Origin: Spirochaetota bacterium | GTDB lineage: Bacteria > Spirochaetota > UBA4802 > JAGODF01 | DNA: 64,000 nt | Assembly (NCBI GenBank): GCA_026419015.1 | Contig: JAOAAF010000001.1 | Coordinates: 28,283 to 92,282, forward strand | Direction of reading: 5' to 3' | Part shown: positions 1 through 9,127 of the stretch, piece by piece | Layout of the letters: each line of letters begins with the position of its first letter | Numbering within the stretch: the first letter of the stretch is position 1 | Notes under the pieces: generated by a model | The model's database searches: none | What the model was told of the DNA's origin: nothing | The model's input: only the letters and a program-made list of their open reading frames with translations | Made by a program: the position numbers and the translations under genes

Positions 1-1
1 G

Positions 2-811
2 ACTGTACGATGGGGAATGTCAATCGATTTAGATAAATGTACCGGATGTGGTGCTTGCCAGGTGGCGTGCATGCAGGAAAACAATATGCCAATCTTTGAG
101 GATGATTCCGATATTCCAAAAAGGGTTACCTTCTTGGAGTTAATAAAAGTTACCAATGATTATCAGCGCGACAAAAGCTATGGCGAGGTGCATGTCGCGT
201 ATGTTCCAAAGATGTGCATGCAGTGTTCAGGAAACGATCCGCAGAATCCACATCCACCATGCGTCTCAGTATGCCCGGTTGTGGCAACCGATGTGGGGGA
301 TGATGGGGTGGTAAGCCAGGTTTGGTCGCGATGCATTGGATGCCGTTATTGCCAGGCGGCGTGTCCTTATGAGGCACGAGTATTTAACTGGTGGAAACCA
401 TGCTATGAAGGAGATTTCAAAAAAGGGCTAAATCCCGATGTATCTGTTGCATCGCGAGGCACAATAGTAAAGTGCACGTTTTGTAGCCATATTTGGAAAC
501 GCGAGCGCGATAGAGCGTTGGCACGTGGTGAAAAAGATATCAACAAAGTAACGTATACGCCTGCGTGTGTAAGTGCATGTCCTACCGGTGCAATGGTGTT
601 TGGAGATCTCAACAATCCATCATCGCCAGTATATGAGGCGCGATTAAAAAATGATCCGCGTGCGGTTCGGATGCTCCATTCTATCGATTTGCATCCTGAA
701 AGCGAGCGCCAGCGGCGAATGCGGATAAAGGAATATCCAAATCCAAAAGTATATTATCTTACAAGCCAAAAATGGCTTCGCGATATTATTAACGGTTTCC
801 AAAACTCTTGA
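2..811 (+). CDS. 4Fe-4S ferredoxin-type iron-sulfur subunit of a molybdopterin-type oxidoreductase (NrfC/PsrB/DmsB-like). It is 5'-partial because the frame is open to the window edge, so the start probably lies upstream; the first ATG is at 17.
   Basis: There are four Cys clusters: CTGCGACQVAC, CMQCSG...CVSVCP, CIGCRYCQAACP and CTFC...CVSACP (C-x2-C-x2-C-x3-C-P type). The N-terminus RWGMSIDLDKC resembles the conserved start of PsrB/NrfC-type proteins. It is followed directly, after an 8 nt gap, by an NrfD-like membrane subunit. Confidence 0.75.
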   Translation, partial: TVRWGMSIDLDKCTGCGACQVACMQENNMPIFEDDSDIPKRVTFLELIKVTNDYQRDKSYGEVHVAYVPKMCMQCSGNDPQNPHPPCVSVCPVVATDVGDDGVVSQVWSRCIGCRYCQAACPYEARVFNWWKPCYEGDFKKGLNPDVSVASRGTIVKCTFCSHIWKRERDRALARGEKDINKVTYTPACVSACPTGAMVFGDLNNPSSPVYEARLKNDPRAVRMLHSIDLHPESERQRRMRIKEYPNPKVYYLTSQKWLRDIINGFQNS

Positions 812-819
812 ATGTATGA

Positions 820-2076
820 ATGAGGAGAAAAGCTGTGAGCACCGTGAAAGAATTCATTATAAACGAATGGAATAGTTTTTCGAGAAACACTAAGATTGCG
901 CTCGCTGTGCTGGGCGCTTTGGTGTTTTTGTTCATCGTGTTTGGTATTCAGATTCTCTTTTGGGGTCTTGGATATACCGACATGAACAATAAATTTGCGA
1001 TGGGCCTTTGGATCATAGGCGATTTGGGGTTTGTCGCATTAGGAGGCGGCGCATTTTTTACTGGTTTCTTTTTGTACATCTTTCGGGTTGATAAACTTGA
1101 GCCTCTCATCAATTCCACAGTGCTTATTGGTTTCATGTGTTATCTATTTACATTTGTGCTGTTGGTTTTCGACATTGGTCAACCGCTGCGCGCATGGTTT
1201 GGATATACGTATCCAAATTGGGGACCGCATCTGATGCCGCAATCAATGCTCACCGAAGTAGTCTGGTGCCTCACATTGTATTTCTGCGTTTTGTGTGTGG
1301 AACTGATTCCTATTCCATTGAAACACAAATTTCTCGATAAGATTCCTGTTCTTCATTACATTGGTCATTACCTCCACAGGCTGATGTGGATTATGGCTGC
1401 AGTTGGAACATTTCTGTCTTTCTTCCATCAAGGTTCGCTTGGCGGTGGGATGTGGGATGTTTTATATGCGAAGCCTCAGTGGTGGAGAGATCATCATCAA
1501 TTCTTCTTTTTAGCGATTGTCGGTGCCACTGCGGGTGGTACATGTTTTATGATCATGATACCGAAAATCGTTGAACGGATCTGGAAGAAAGAAGTTGCAC
1601 CGAAAGAATCGTTTTGGACATTAGCGCGCATTTCAGGTGTGATGTTTACTTTTTATTTTCTATTCCGAATTTATGATGTGTATACCACTGCAGTGCGATA
1701 CGTTCCTCTTGCTGATCGAAGATTTGTCGATCTTTTGGGAGGATATTATGGATGGTGGGTGCTTGTGCTTGAACTTTTGCTTTGCATTGTGCCAATAGTG
1801 ATTTTGAACACGAAAAAGCTCCGGGAAAATGAAAATTATCTATTCGGTGCAGTGATAAGCGGAGTAGTTGCGATTGTGCTTTCAAAAGTAGGTGTAGTGC
1901 TGAATGGATTTAGCATTCCCAATTTCCCATGGAGCAGTTTTGCCGCATACAACCCCACGATCCAGGAATGGGGAATCATGCTGGGTTCTATTGCCACAAT
2001 GATACTCATATACTGGGGTTTTGCAGCCTATTTGCCGCTTTTCCCGCATTTGCACAAAAATGAACATCAAGGGTAA
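820..2076 (+). CDS. Polytopic NrfD/PsrC-family (polysulfide reductase-like) quinone-interacting membrane subunit
   Basis: The 418-aa protein is very hydrophobic, with about 9-10 predicted TM helices. It is tightly coupled downstream of the Fe-S subunit, the typical PsrB-PsrC/NrfC-NrfD order. A strong intrinsic terminator follows it. Confidence 0.7.
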   Translation: MRRKAVSTVKEFIINEWNSFSRNTKIALAVLGALVFLFIVFGIQILFWGLGYTDMNNKFAMGLWIIGDLGFVALGGGAFFTGFFLYIFRVDKLEPLINSTVLIGFMCYLFTFVLLVFDIGQPLRAWFGYTYPNWGPHLMPQSMLTEVVWCLTLYFCVLCVELIPIPLKHKFLDKIPVLHYIGHYLHRLMWIMAAVGTFLSFFHQGSLGGGMWDVLYAKPQWWRDHHQFFFLAIVGATAGGTCFMIMIPKIVERIWKKEVAPKESFWTLARISGVMFTFYFLFRIYDVYTTAVRYVPLADRRFVDLLGGYYGWWVLVLELLLCIVPIVILNTKKLRENENYLFGAVISGVVAIVLSKVGVVLNGFSIPNFPWSSFAAYNPTIQEWGIMLGSIATMILIYWGFAAYLPLFPHLHKNEHQG

Positions 2077-2081
2077 GCGTA

Positions 2082-2115
2082 AAAAGCCGCTTCGTTTTAC
2101 GAAGCGGCTTTTTAT
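2082..2115 (+). terminator. Rho-independent terminator of the Fe-S/NrfD operon
   Basis: AAGCCGCTTCG (2084-2094), loop TTTTAC, CGAAGCGGCTT (2100-2110), followed by TTTTAT. Confidence 0.65.
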
Positions 2116-2257
2116 GTAATGAGCGAGTATGATTTTATTATCGCGGGAGTTTATAGTTTATGGGAACCTCTAAAAACCACTTTCATTCTTACAATTGCAG
2201 CAAAGAGAAAGCGGTTTTATTCTATATATTGTGTCCACAAGGGAACATCCTAAAAAA

Positions 2258-3094
2258 TCAGTTTTGAAAAGTTCCCTTATATTCAATGGTCGCGTAATCT
2301 GCAATGCCGCTTAAAGTTTTCCCCGCATCGGTTTCTTTGAACCGGCTCGAAATTTTTATAATATCGCCATCTTTGTTGTAATCAAATACATACCTGTAAA
2401 ACACAAATCCCTTGTGATCCATGTCGCGAATTTCCTTAAGGCGTCCCAGTTTATCGTAATGGTATGAAAATTTTTTGTCGTAAGTATGGCAGAATTTTAA
2501 TGTCATTCTTCCCTGCTGATCATATTGGTATGATGTCTGTTTCGAATCATTATCATATTCCTCAACAAGTTTGCCATTATTATTATACAAGTATTTTGTA
2601 ATGCTTTTCGCGCCGGCATAATTGGTATGCTCAAATGTAATTTTGTTGTTGTTTTTATCATAAGTATATTTGTTGTGCCATGCAAATCGGCCATCGCCGT
2701 GTATTGCAGTTTCTTCAAGGATGTTTCCGTTATTGTCGTACACGTATTTACTTCTTAAAATCTCCGTATTGGAACTGTTAGGCCATTCGCTTTTTGTTTC
2801 GATTACATTATTTCTCTCGTCATATAAGTAGGTTATGGTCATACTATGTGAGTTATATAAGTAAATAATTTCTTTTGTAATGGTTCCTTTTTTATCAAGT
2901 TGATATACGTTACGATCAACACCATAGCCGCCAACACGTTGAAAAGTTACAACGATCTCTTTTACCCCTTTTTTTGGCGTTAACTGATAACCATATCTTT
3001 CAATGTAAATCCTTGCGCCAGTGGCATGGAGTACTTGGTATGCAGCAAAAAAAATGTTAATAAAAGAAATGCTAATAAGAAAAATTCTTTGCAT
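2258..3094 (-). CDS. Small secreted YD-repeat (RHS-repeat) protein
   Basis: The N-terminal signal peptide is MQRIFLISISFINIFFAAYQVLHA. There are multiple YD-type repeats (YLYDERNNVIE, YVYDNNGNILEE, YLYNNNGKLVEE, YQYDQQGRMT, YHYDKLGRLKE). It has no C-terminal toxin domain and is only 278 aa. Confidence 0.6.
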   Translation of the reverse strand: MQRIFLISISFINIFFAAYQVLHATGARIYIERYGYQLTPKKGVKEIVVTFQRVGGYGVDRNVYQLDKKGTITKEIIYLYNSHSMTITYLYDERNNVIETKSEWPNSSNTEILRSKYVYDNNGNILEETAIHGDGRFAWHNKYTYDKNNNKITFEHTNYAGAKSITKYLYNNNGKLVEEYDNDSKQTSYQYDQQGRMTLKFCHTYDKKFSYHYDKLGRLKEIRDMDHKGFVFYRYVFDYNKDGDIIKISSRFKETDAGKTLSGIADYATIEYKGTFQN

Positions 3095-3376
3095 AACGAA
3101 CCTCCTTGCTGTTTTTATGAATTATAAATTATTAAATAAAAAACCTATAAAAGGTAATTAAAAAAACGCAACTCCTTTTTGATTTTTTCAATCTGAAAAA
3201 ACATAAACGATTATATGTACACGCATATTGCTATATCGCTTGTTGCGATAAGATGTGCGCATTATGCGATTTATTTTTTCGTAGCGCGTTGAAAAAAAGT
3301 ATTTAAATTTTGTTCAGCGTTGTTATATTGCTCTTAATGCCCGAATGATTTTTTATACTTAGGATTTAACGGTGGC

Positions 3377-4213
3377 ATGAAAATGATCAAAAATTTTTTT
3401 TGCGGTGTCTTTCTCGCTATTCAGCGGTCCGAAGCATATTGCTGTGCTGTTGAAATGCGCTTTTCCCCTCGATATGTATTCGCAGTAGTATTTACGGTAG
3501 TATTGGGGCCCTCTGCGGGTTTTGCTGTTCGCCCATTTATTACTGATGACGCACGTGTTACCTCGAAGCATACTTTTTTGACGGAAGGTTCTCTTCGGCT
3601 TGATGAGAATAGATTTCAAAACCTAATGCTTTTTGCATTCGGAATTAACGATAATCTCGAATGGACCGTCGGATTTACCAATGGCTTTTTGCGCCATGGG
3701 GAGGAAGGACATTATGCTATCTACGGGCCAGTTGTTCAGTTGAAAGGTCTATTCATCAATCAAACCGCGCTTATCCCGGCGATCGCTGGAGCAGTTGGCG
3801 TTTCTTCGCCGTGGTGCGTTGGCAATGATGACTTTGCGCCTTCAGAGTGGAGTGAATTTGGCTATATAGCAATAAGCCGTGCATTTTCTTCCCATCCGGA
3901 ACGTTTCATTGTGCATGTTAATTTCGGTGCCACCATCGCGCATGAGCAAAATCAGGGAACGAAAAATGAACTGATGTGGGGAGCGGGACTGCAGTTTGTC
4001 ATTATCCCGGATATCCTCTTTGGAATGGCGGAGATTGTTTCGGGCGATCCGTACGGTATTAGCTCGGACATCGTATACCAAGTGGGACTGCGGATCTTTA
4101 TCAGCGAACAGTTGCAGATCGATGCAAGCTACGGAGCGAGAGCATCCTTCGAGTGGGGAGTTGCATGGTTCGCTGGTTGTGGTCTTAGATATTGTACTGA
4201 GGCTTTGTGGTGA
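3377..4213 (+). CDS. Hypothetical secreted protein, possibly an outer-membrane beta-barrel
   Basis: An internal Met at 3455 gives a classical signal peptide (MRFSPRYVFAVVFTVVLGPSAGFA/V). The sequence has alternating amphipathic stretches, is rich in aromatic and Gly residues, and ends in W. No catalytic motif was recognised. It is divergent from the YD-repeat gene. Confidence 0.45.
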   Translation: MKMIKNFFCGVFLAIQRSEAYCCAVEMRFSPRYVFAVVFTVVLGPSAGFAVRPFITDDARVTSKHTFLTEGSLRLDENRFQNLMLFAFGINDNLEWTVGFTNGFLRHGEEGHYAIYGPVVQLKGLFINQTALIPAIAGAVGVSSPWCVGNDDFAPSEWSEFGYIAISRAFSSHPERFIVHVNFGATIAHEQNQGTKNELMWGAGLQFVIIPDILFGMAEIVSGDPYGISSDIVYQVGLRIFISEQLQIDASYGARASFEWGVAWFAGCGLRYCTEALW

Positions 4214-4455
4214 GCGAATTTCAACGATAAACGCGTTCGAAACGTGTCCGAGGGCGTAAAGCGGCGTTTTTACCGCAGCGACGAAACGCTTATACCTATC
4301 ACTACCCCGTTTAAATTCATCTATGCTTGATAAGTATTCATCACGATATCCTGCCCGCCTTAAAAAATACTTGCTAATTTATCACTTTCATTATACCAAT
4401 CGTTTATGTTTTAATTTTTTATATTAGAATTTTCACCGATGTCTGGAGGTATTGC

Positions 4456-5409
4456 ATGAAAAAGAAAATAGTGCTCATCATCCTTGCAATATTGCTTTTA
4501 GTCATTTTCCTTGGACCACGAGTGAAAGTGGATACTACAATCCCGCCAATTGCGATCCCGGATGATGTTGAAAGCTATGTCAAGGAATCCGAAGCAAAGT
4601 TTGCCGACATTACTCCTGGTGCGGAAAAAACGATTGTTTGGTTTAATTCCACGAAAAAAAATAAAACCCCTTTTGCGGTTATTTACCTTCATGGCTTTAG
4701 CGCTACGCGCCAAGAAATTGCACCAGTTTGCGACATCGTTGCAAAAAATTTAAAGGCAAATTTGTTTTACACACGCCTTCGCGGTCACGGTCGCCCGGCC
4801 GATGCGCTTAAGGGTGTGACGGTAAACGATTGGCTTACCGATACGGTCGAGGCCATTGAAATTGGAAAGCGCATTGGCGAAAAGTTAATTATAATTTCAA
4901 CTTCGATGGGAGGAACGCTTACGACTTGGTACGCGCTTACTCAACGCACTGATAATATAGCTGCAGCAGTGATGATTTCGCCAAATTTTTACCCCGCGCG
5001 GAAAGAAGCGCGAATCATGACATGGCCATGGGGAAAACAAATCGCGCATCTGCTCATTGGCGAATATCGGACATGGAAACCGCAGAACGAATTGCAGGCA
5101 AAGTATTGGAGTTGGAAGCAACCAACAGAAGCGACTGTTACGATGATGGGTTTGGTCGAAATGGTGAAATCGCTTGATTTTCATAAATTTCAGCTGCCAT
5201 TGTTGATGATTCTTTCCCCTAATGATAAAGTAATAAATTATTCGCTCGCAAAACAACGGTTTGAAGAAGCGACATCTGGGAAGAAAAAACTTGTTGAGAT
5301 AACCGATTCAACGGCAGAAACGCAGCATGTGATTGCAGGCGATATTCTTTCTCCAAATACTACAAAACGCGTCGCAGAAGAAATTATTTCTTTTATAAGG
5401 AATTTATAA
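4456..5409 (+). CDS. Alpha/beta-hydrolase fold esterase/lipase with an N-terminal membrane anchor or signal peptide
   Basis: It has the HGF oxyanion-type motif YLHGFSATRQE, a nucleophile elbow IISTSMGGTL, and an N-terminal hydrophobic segment KKKIVLIILAILLLVIFL. Confidence 0.7.
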   Translation: MKKKIVLIILAILLLVIFLGPRVKVDTTIPPIAIPDDVESYVKESEAKFADITPGAEKTIVWFNSTKKNKTPFAVIYLHGFSATRQEIAPVCDIVAKNLKANLFYTRLRGHGRPADALKGVTVNDWLTDTVEAIEIGKRIGEKLIIISTSMGGTLTTWYALTQRTDNIAAAVMISPNFYPARKEARIMTWPWGKQIAHLLIGEYRTWKPQNELQAKYWSWKQPTEATVTMMGLVEMVKSLDFHKFQLPLLMILSPNDKVINYSLAKQRFEEATSGKKKLVEITDSTAETQHVIAGDILSPNTTKRVAEEIISFIRNL

Positions 5410-5448
5410 AAAGTTTTTCCGCGTTACTAATTGCATTTCTGTTCGGAT

Positions 5449-5482
5449 AAAATCGATGGGAATCCCACGATTTTATTTTTTT
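5449..5482 (+). terminator. Rho-independent terminator after the hydrolase gene
   Basis: AAAATCG (5449-5455), loop, CGATTTT (5468-5474), then ATTTTTTTT. Confidence 0.55.
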
Positions 5483-5579
5483 GTAAAAATTTATGATTAC
5501 TTGACACAATGCAAATTTAAAAAATAATGGTTATCGAAATGCGAATATAAAAAAATTAAATAAAAAAGTGGAGGATGGC

Positions 5580-6302
5580 ATGGGACTTGTCGAATGGACA
5601 AAGGATGAAAGCGTTGCAATTCTTACAATGACAGCGGGCGAAAATCGCAATAACTTGAATTTCGCGAATGAAATGATGCGAAATCTTGAGGAGATTGTTG
5701 CCGATACTTCAATCCATGCAACGGTACTAACCTCAAGCGATGAAAAAAACTTCTGCCAAGGCGTTGATGTGCAATGGTTGATGGAACGCTTTCAGGCAAA
5801 GGATTTCCAATCGATTAAGGATTTTATGTATCGGATGAACGATGTGTTTAAAACGCTGCTTCTTTTCCCAATGCCGGTAATTGCTGCAATTAATGGACAT
5901 GCCTTTGGAAATGGAGCAATCCTTTCCTGCGCCTGCGATTTTCGTTTTATGCGTGCTGATCGTGGCTTTTTTTGTTTCCCCGAGGTTGATTTAGGGATCC
6001 CATTTTTGCCAGGCATGATCGCGTGGGTGCGCAAAGCGATACCGCAACATGCATTTCATGATTGGAAGTATACAGGCCGTAGAGTTACCGCCCCAGAGCT
6101 TGAGAGAGAACGCGTTATTATCAAAGCATGTGCAAATAGGGAAGAGCTTATGAAGGAATCCATTGCATTTGCAAAGACGTTTCACAAAAAGAGAGGAATA
6201 TTTGGGGAAATGAAAAAGCGCATGCATAAGCATATCATCGAAATAATGGAAAAAGAAGATCCCGAATATATTGAAAAATTGTTTCTTTTTGTACCAGATT
6301 GA
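5580..6302 (+). CDS. Enoyl-CoA hydratase/isomerase (crotonase) family protein
   Basis: The crotonase signature AAINGHAFGNGAILSCACDFRFM is present. The ATG at 5580 is preceded by GGAGGA; the ORF-track GTG at 5568 is an alternative start. Confidence 0.8.
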   Translation: MGLVEWTKDESVAILTMTAGENRNNLNFANEMMRNLEEIVADTSIHATVLTSSDEKNFCQGVDVQWLMERFQAKDFQSIKDFMYRMNDVFKTLLLFPMPVIAAINGHAFGNGAILSCACDFRFMRADRGFFCFPEVDLGIPFLPGMIAWVRKAIPQHAFHDWKYTGRRVTAPELERERVIIKACANREELMKESIAFAKTFHKKRGIFGEMKKRMHKHIIEIMEKEDPEYIEKLFLFVPD

Positions 6303-6358
6303 GATGGTGTTGGAATAATTTTTAAATAAAATAAAAATAACACAAATGAGGTTAAAGG

Positions 6359-7396
6359 ATGAAAACAAGAATAACAGAATTGCTCAAGATTAAATATCCA
6401 ATTATCCTTTCGGGGATGAGTTGGATAAGCGTGCCCGAATTGGTTGCGGCAGTCTCTAATGCTGGGGGGTGCGGGATTTTAGCAACAGGGGTGCTCCGTC
6501 CCGATCAAACCCGCGAATATATTCAAAAGACGCGCGCGCTCACTAAAAAGCCATTTGCGGCAAATGTGACATTTTATTTTCCAGGTTCCGAAAAAAATGC
6601 GAAAGTAATCATTGAGGAAAAAGTACCTATTGTGAACTATTCCCTTGGCAAGGGCGATTGGCTTGCAAAGGAAGTACATAAGTATGGAGGAGTGGTCATT
6701 GCGACCGTGACAACTCTTAAGCATGCCCTCGCCGCACAGCGCGATGGTGCCGATGCGCTCATTGTAACAGGGCATGAAGCGGCGGGACATGGTGGTGCAG
6801 TTACCTCCCTTGCGCTTATTCCACAAATTGTCGATGCAGTAGAAATTCCTGTGATTGCAGCTGGTGGCTTTGCCGATGGAAGGGGTTTGGTAACTGCGCT
6901 CGCACTCGGTGCAGAAGGGATTTCGATGGGAACGCGTTTTATGAATACCGTTGAAAGCCCCGTCCATGAAGTGCAAAAAAAACTTAGCATTGAGCTCACC
7001 GCATTTGATACCATCTATACTGATAAATTTGATGGGCTTCCTGCACGCATGGCTGATACAAAAGGAGCGCGTCGCTTGATGAAACGCCGTCTTAATCCCT
7101 TAAGCGCATTGTTTCTTTCGCGGAGAATTGCAAAGTTGCTCGACTTACCATGGGGTAAAATTTTTCTTGGAATAATGCTTTCGGGGCCTAAAACAGCTGT
7201 TCAAATGGCACGGATGGCGATTGGCTTTCGTGCGTTTGAGGTGGGTACCATTGCGGGCGATAATGTAGAAGGAATTTTACCAATAGGGCAGATTACAGGA
7301 ATCATTAAGGATACTCCGACGGTAAAAGAGGTGATTGAGCGGATAGTAAAGGAAGCAAATGAAGTTGTTAAGAATGTTGAGAAGAAGCTAAAATGA
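6359..7396 (+). CDS. Nitronate monooxygenase / 2-nitropropane dioxygenase family (FabK-like FMN enoyl reductase fold)
   Basis: The N-terminal motif ILSGMSWISVPELVAAVSNAGGCGILA is typical of the NMO/NPD family. The Gly-rich FMN-binding segments IAAGGFADGRG and GAEGISMGTRF are present. Confidence 0.8.
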   Translation: MKTRITELLKIKYPIILSGMSWISVPELVAAVSNAGGCGILATGVLRPDQTREYIQKTRALTKKPFAANVTFYFPGSEKNAKVIIEEKVPIVNYSLGKGDWLAKEVHKYGGVVIATVTTLKHALAAQRDGADALIVTGHEAAGHGGAVTSLALIPQIVDAVEIPVIAAGGFADGRGLVTALALGAEGISMGTRFMNTVESPVHEVQKKLSIELTAFDTIYTDKFDGLPARMADTKGARRLMKRRLNPLSALFLSRRIAKLLDLPWGKIFLGIMLSGPKTAVQMARMAIGFRAFEVGTIAGDNVEGILPIGQITGIIKDTPTVKEVIERIVKEANEVVKNVEKKLK

Positions 7397-7474
7397 CGCT
7401 TTCTTATATTGTTATACTGCTTTTGGAAATGTGCTAAAAACACTTCAACGATGGGGAAGCGAATTTTTAAAATA

Positions 7475-7506
7475 AAAGCCACCTTTGGCAAGGTGGCTTA
7501 GTTTTG
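7475..7506. terminator. Bidirectional intrinsic terminator between convergent genes
   Basis: AAAGCCACCT, loop TTGGCA, AGGTGGCTT, flanked by T runs on both strands. Confidence 0.55.
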
Positions 7507-7530
7507 ATTTGATAAAAAAATGTTTGTATA

Positions 7531-7878
7531 TTATGGGGTTATTGTTACAGTGTAGTTGCCACTACCAGAATGTGACCAGACTTTTACCTGAACCCGCCCT
7601 GGGGTATATGCCCGACAGCACGAATACGTTTCTAACCCATCATTGCGGCATACGAGTTGCCCATCGTTGTAAATTTCAATATCGAAATCGACTCCTGGTT
7701 GGTGAGTAAGGCAAATGTTCGGATTGGTTCCTTCTTGGCCTTGAAGGGTGAGCCAATCGGTATCGCCCGTTCCAACCATGACTCCATTAAAAGACATTCC
7801 GCTAACAGTATAATTTGCAGCGAAAGCGATCAGTCCACATGCAAGCACAAACCCAATTGCGAATAATATTTTTTTCAT
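7531..7878 (-). CDS. Small secreted protein consisting of a single pre-peptidase C-terminal (PPC)-like domain
   Basis: The signal peptide is MKKILFAIGFVLACGLIAFAA. The pattern YTVSG...GDTDWLTL...YTVTITP matches PPC-domain hallmarks (DxDWY...YTLTV). Confidence 0.55.
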   Translation of the reverse strand: MKKILFAIGFVLACGLIAFAANYTVSGMSFNGVMVGTGDTDWLTLQGQEGTNPNICLTHQPGVDFDIEIYNDGQLVCRNDGLETYSCCRAYTPGRVQVKVWSHSGSGNYTVTITP

Positions 7879-8373
7879 TTCTAAAACCTCCTTGTAAAGT
7901 TATAGATATTTCTTCTTTTTATTGGTGAAATATACAATCACCAATAAAAGAAAATGTTCGTATTAGATTGAATTTAAAAAGTTCAATTAAATATAAATAT
8001 AAAAAAATAGATTGGCAACTTTTTTTTAAAAAAATATTTTTTCAATTTTTATATGATCACAAATATAAAGCAATATGCGGTTCAAAGGAATTTAAATTAA
8101 TAAAGATATAGTTTTAAAATTTCCATATCATCGTTTTTTATTAGGAGATTTTATAAGTTACGGCAATAAATAAACTTGGGCAAATTATATTTTGCAAGAA
8201 CATATAAAAAGCGCGTAACTTTATCAGCTTATTGATTTTAATAACGATTGCACAACCAGTTGTCAAATTAATTAGACGTTTTTAGGAAAAAATGTTTATG
8301 TTATTTCGCAATAAGGAAAGCTCACCGGTTTAAAAAATTGAAAAAAATAATAGATTTTGTTTTTTATTTAGGC

Positions 8374-8402
8374 TTGACAGCAAACATAACACTGTTATGT
8401 TG
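8374..8402 (+). promoter_or_regulatory. Putative sigma-70 promoter (-35 TTGACA at 8374-8379, 17 bp spacer, -10 TATGTT at 8397-8402) overlapped by a perfect 9-1-9 palindromic operator AACATAACA-C-TGTTATGTT at 8383-8401
   Basis: Read directly from the sequence, 62 bp upstream of the tetR-family gene. The palindrome is of typical TetR-operator size. A second TTGACA lies at 8400-8405. Confidence 0.45.
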
Positions 8403-8463
8403 ACAATGTTGATTTCGAAAATTGAGTAAGAAAATTTATGATTTTAAATATTAAATAACTGAT

Positions 8464-9051
8464 ATGCGGAAGAACAATAGGGATAAAATTTTAAAAACTG
8501 CTCGCCGACTGCTTCTCCGTTACGGGTACAATGGGATTTCAATTCGCGAGATTGCAAAAAAAGCAAATCTTACTACCGGTGCGATTTATTTTCATTTTAA
8601 GAATAAACGAGAAATATACACAACAATTTGCAATGAAGCGATCGATGTATTGCTCACCAAATTTAAAGAAGCTATAAAAAAAGGCAAAACGGTTAATCAA
8701 AAGCTTATTTCAATTTACGATTCGTATGTAGAATTTTACCGCACACATCCCGATTATTATAACATCATCATGGAATATAAATCAGATTATTCTCAAAAGG
8801 CTGACAAGGAACTCCTAACGAAATTTAAAGAACTTGCCGACATCACCGCACAGACGTATGAGCTTGGTATAAAAGAAGGCGTATTTCGCAGAATCGATCC
8901 GCGACTTATGTCGCTATTTCTCGCATCGCTTACCGAAGGGATGATTCAATACAAAAAAATTGGACTGTTTGATTTACTAAATGTTGAGGATCGCGAGTTT
9001 AGAAGATTTATGGCTGATGTGGTTGGAAAAGGAATTGAAGTGAGAGGGTAA
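8464..9051 (+). CDS. TetR/AcrR-family transcriptional regulator
   Basis: The N-terminal HTH is GYNGISIREIAKKANLTTGAIYFHFKNKREI. The 195-aa length fits a helical C-terminal ligand-binding domain. Confidence 0.85.
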   Translation: MRKNNRDKILKTARRLLLRYGYNGISIREIAKKANLTTGAIYFHFKNKREIYTTICNEAIDVLLTKFKEAIKKGKTVNQKLISIYDSYVEFYRTHPDYYNIIMEYKSDYSQKADKELLTKFKELADITAQTYELGIKEGVFRRIDPRLMSLFLASLTEGMIQYKKIGLFDLLNVEDREFRRFMADVVGKGIEVRG

Positions 9052-9127
9052 TGGTTTTGGTGTTTTATTTTAAAAATGCGAGATATATTTATATTTAATT
9101 TTGAAAAATTTTAAAGGAGCAAAAACC

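Noticed and set aside
2239-2278. 8-bp inverted repeat AAGGGAAC/GTTCCCTT around the YD-repeat gene stop as a transcription terminator
   Set aside because: The loop is 24 nt and no T-run follows on either strand, so it is not a canonical intrinsic terminator. Kept only as a curiosity in the findings.
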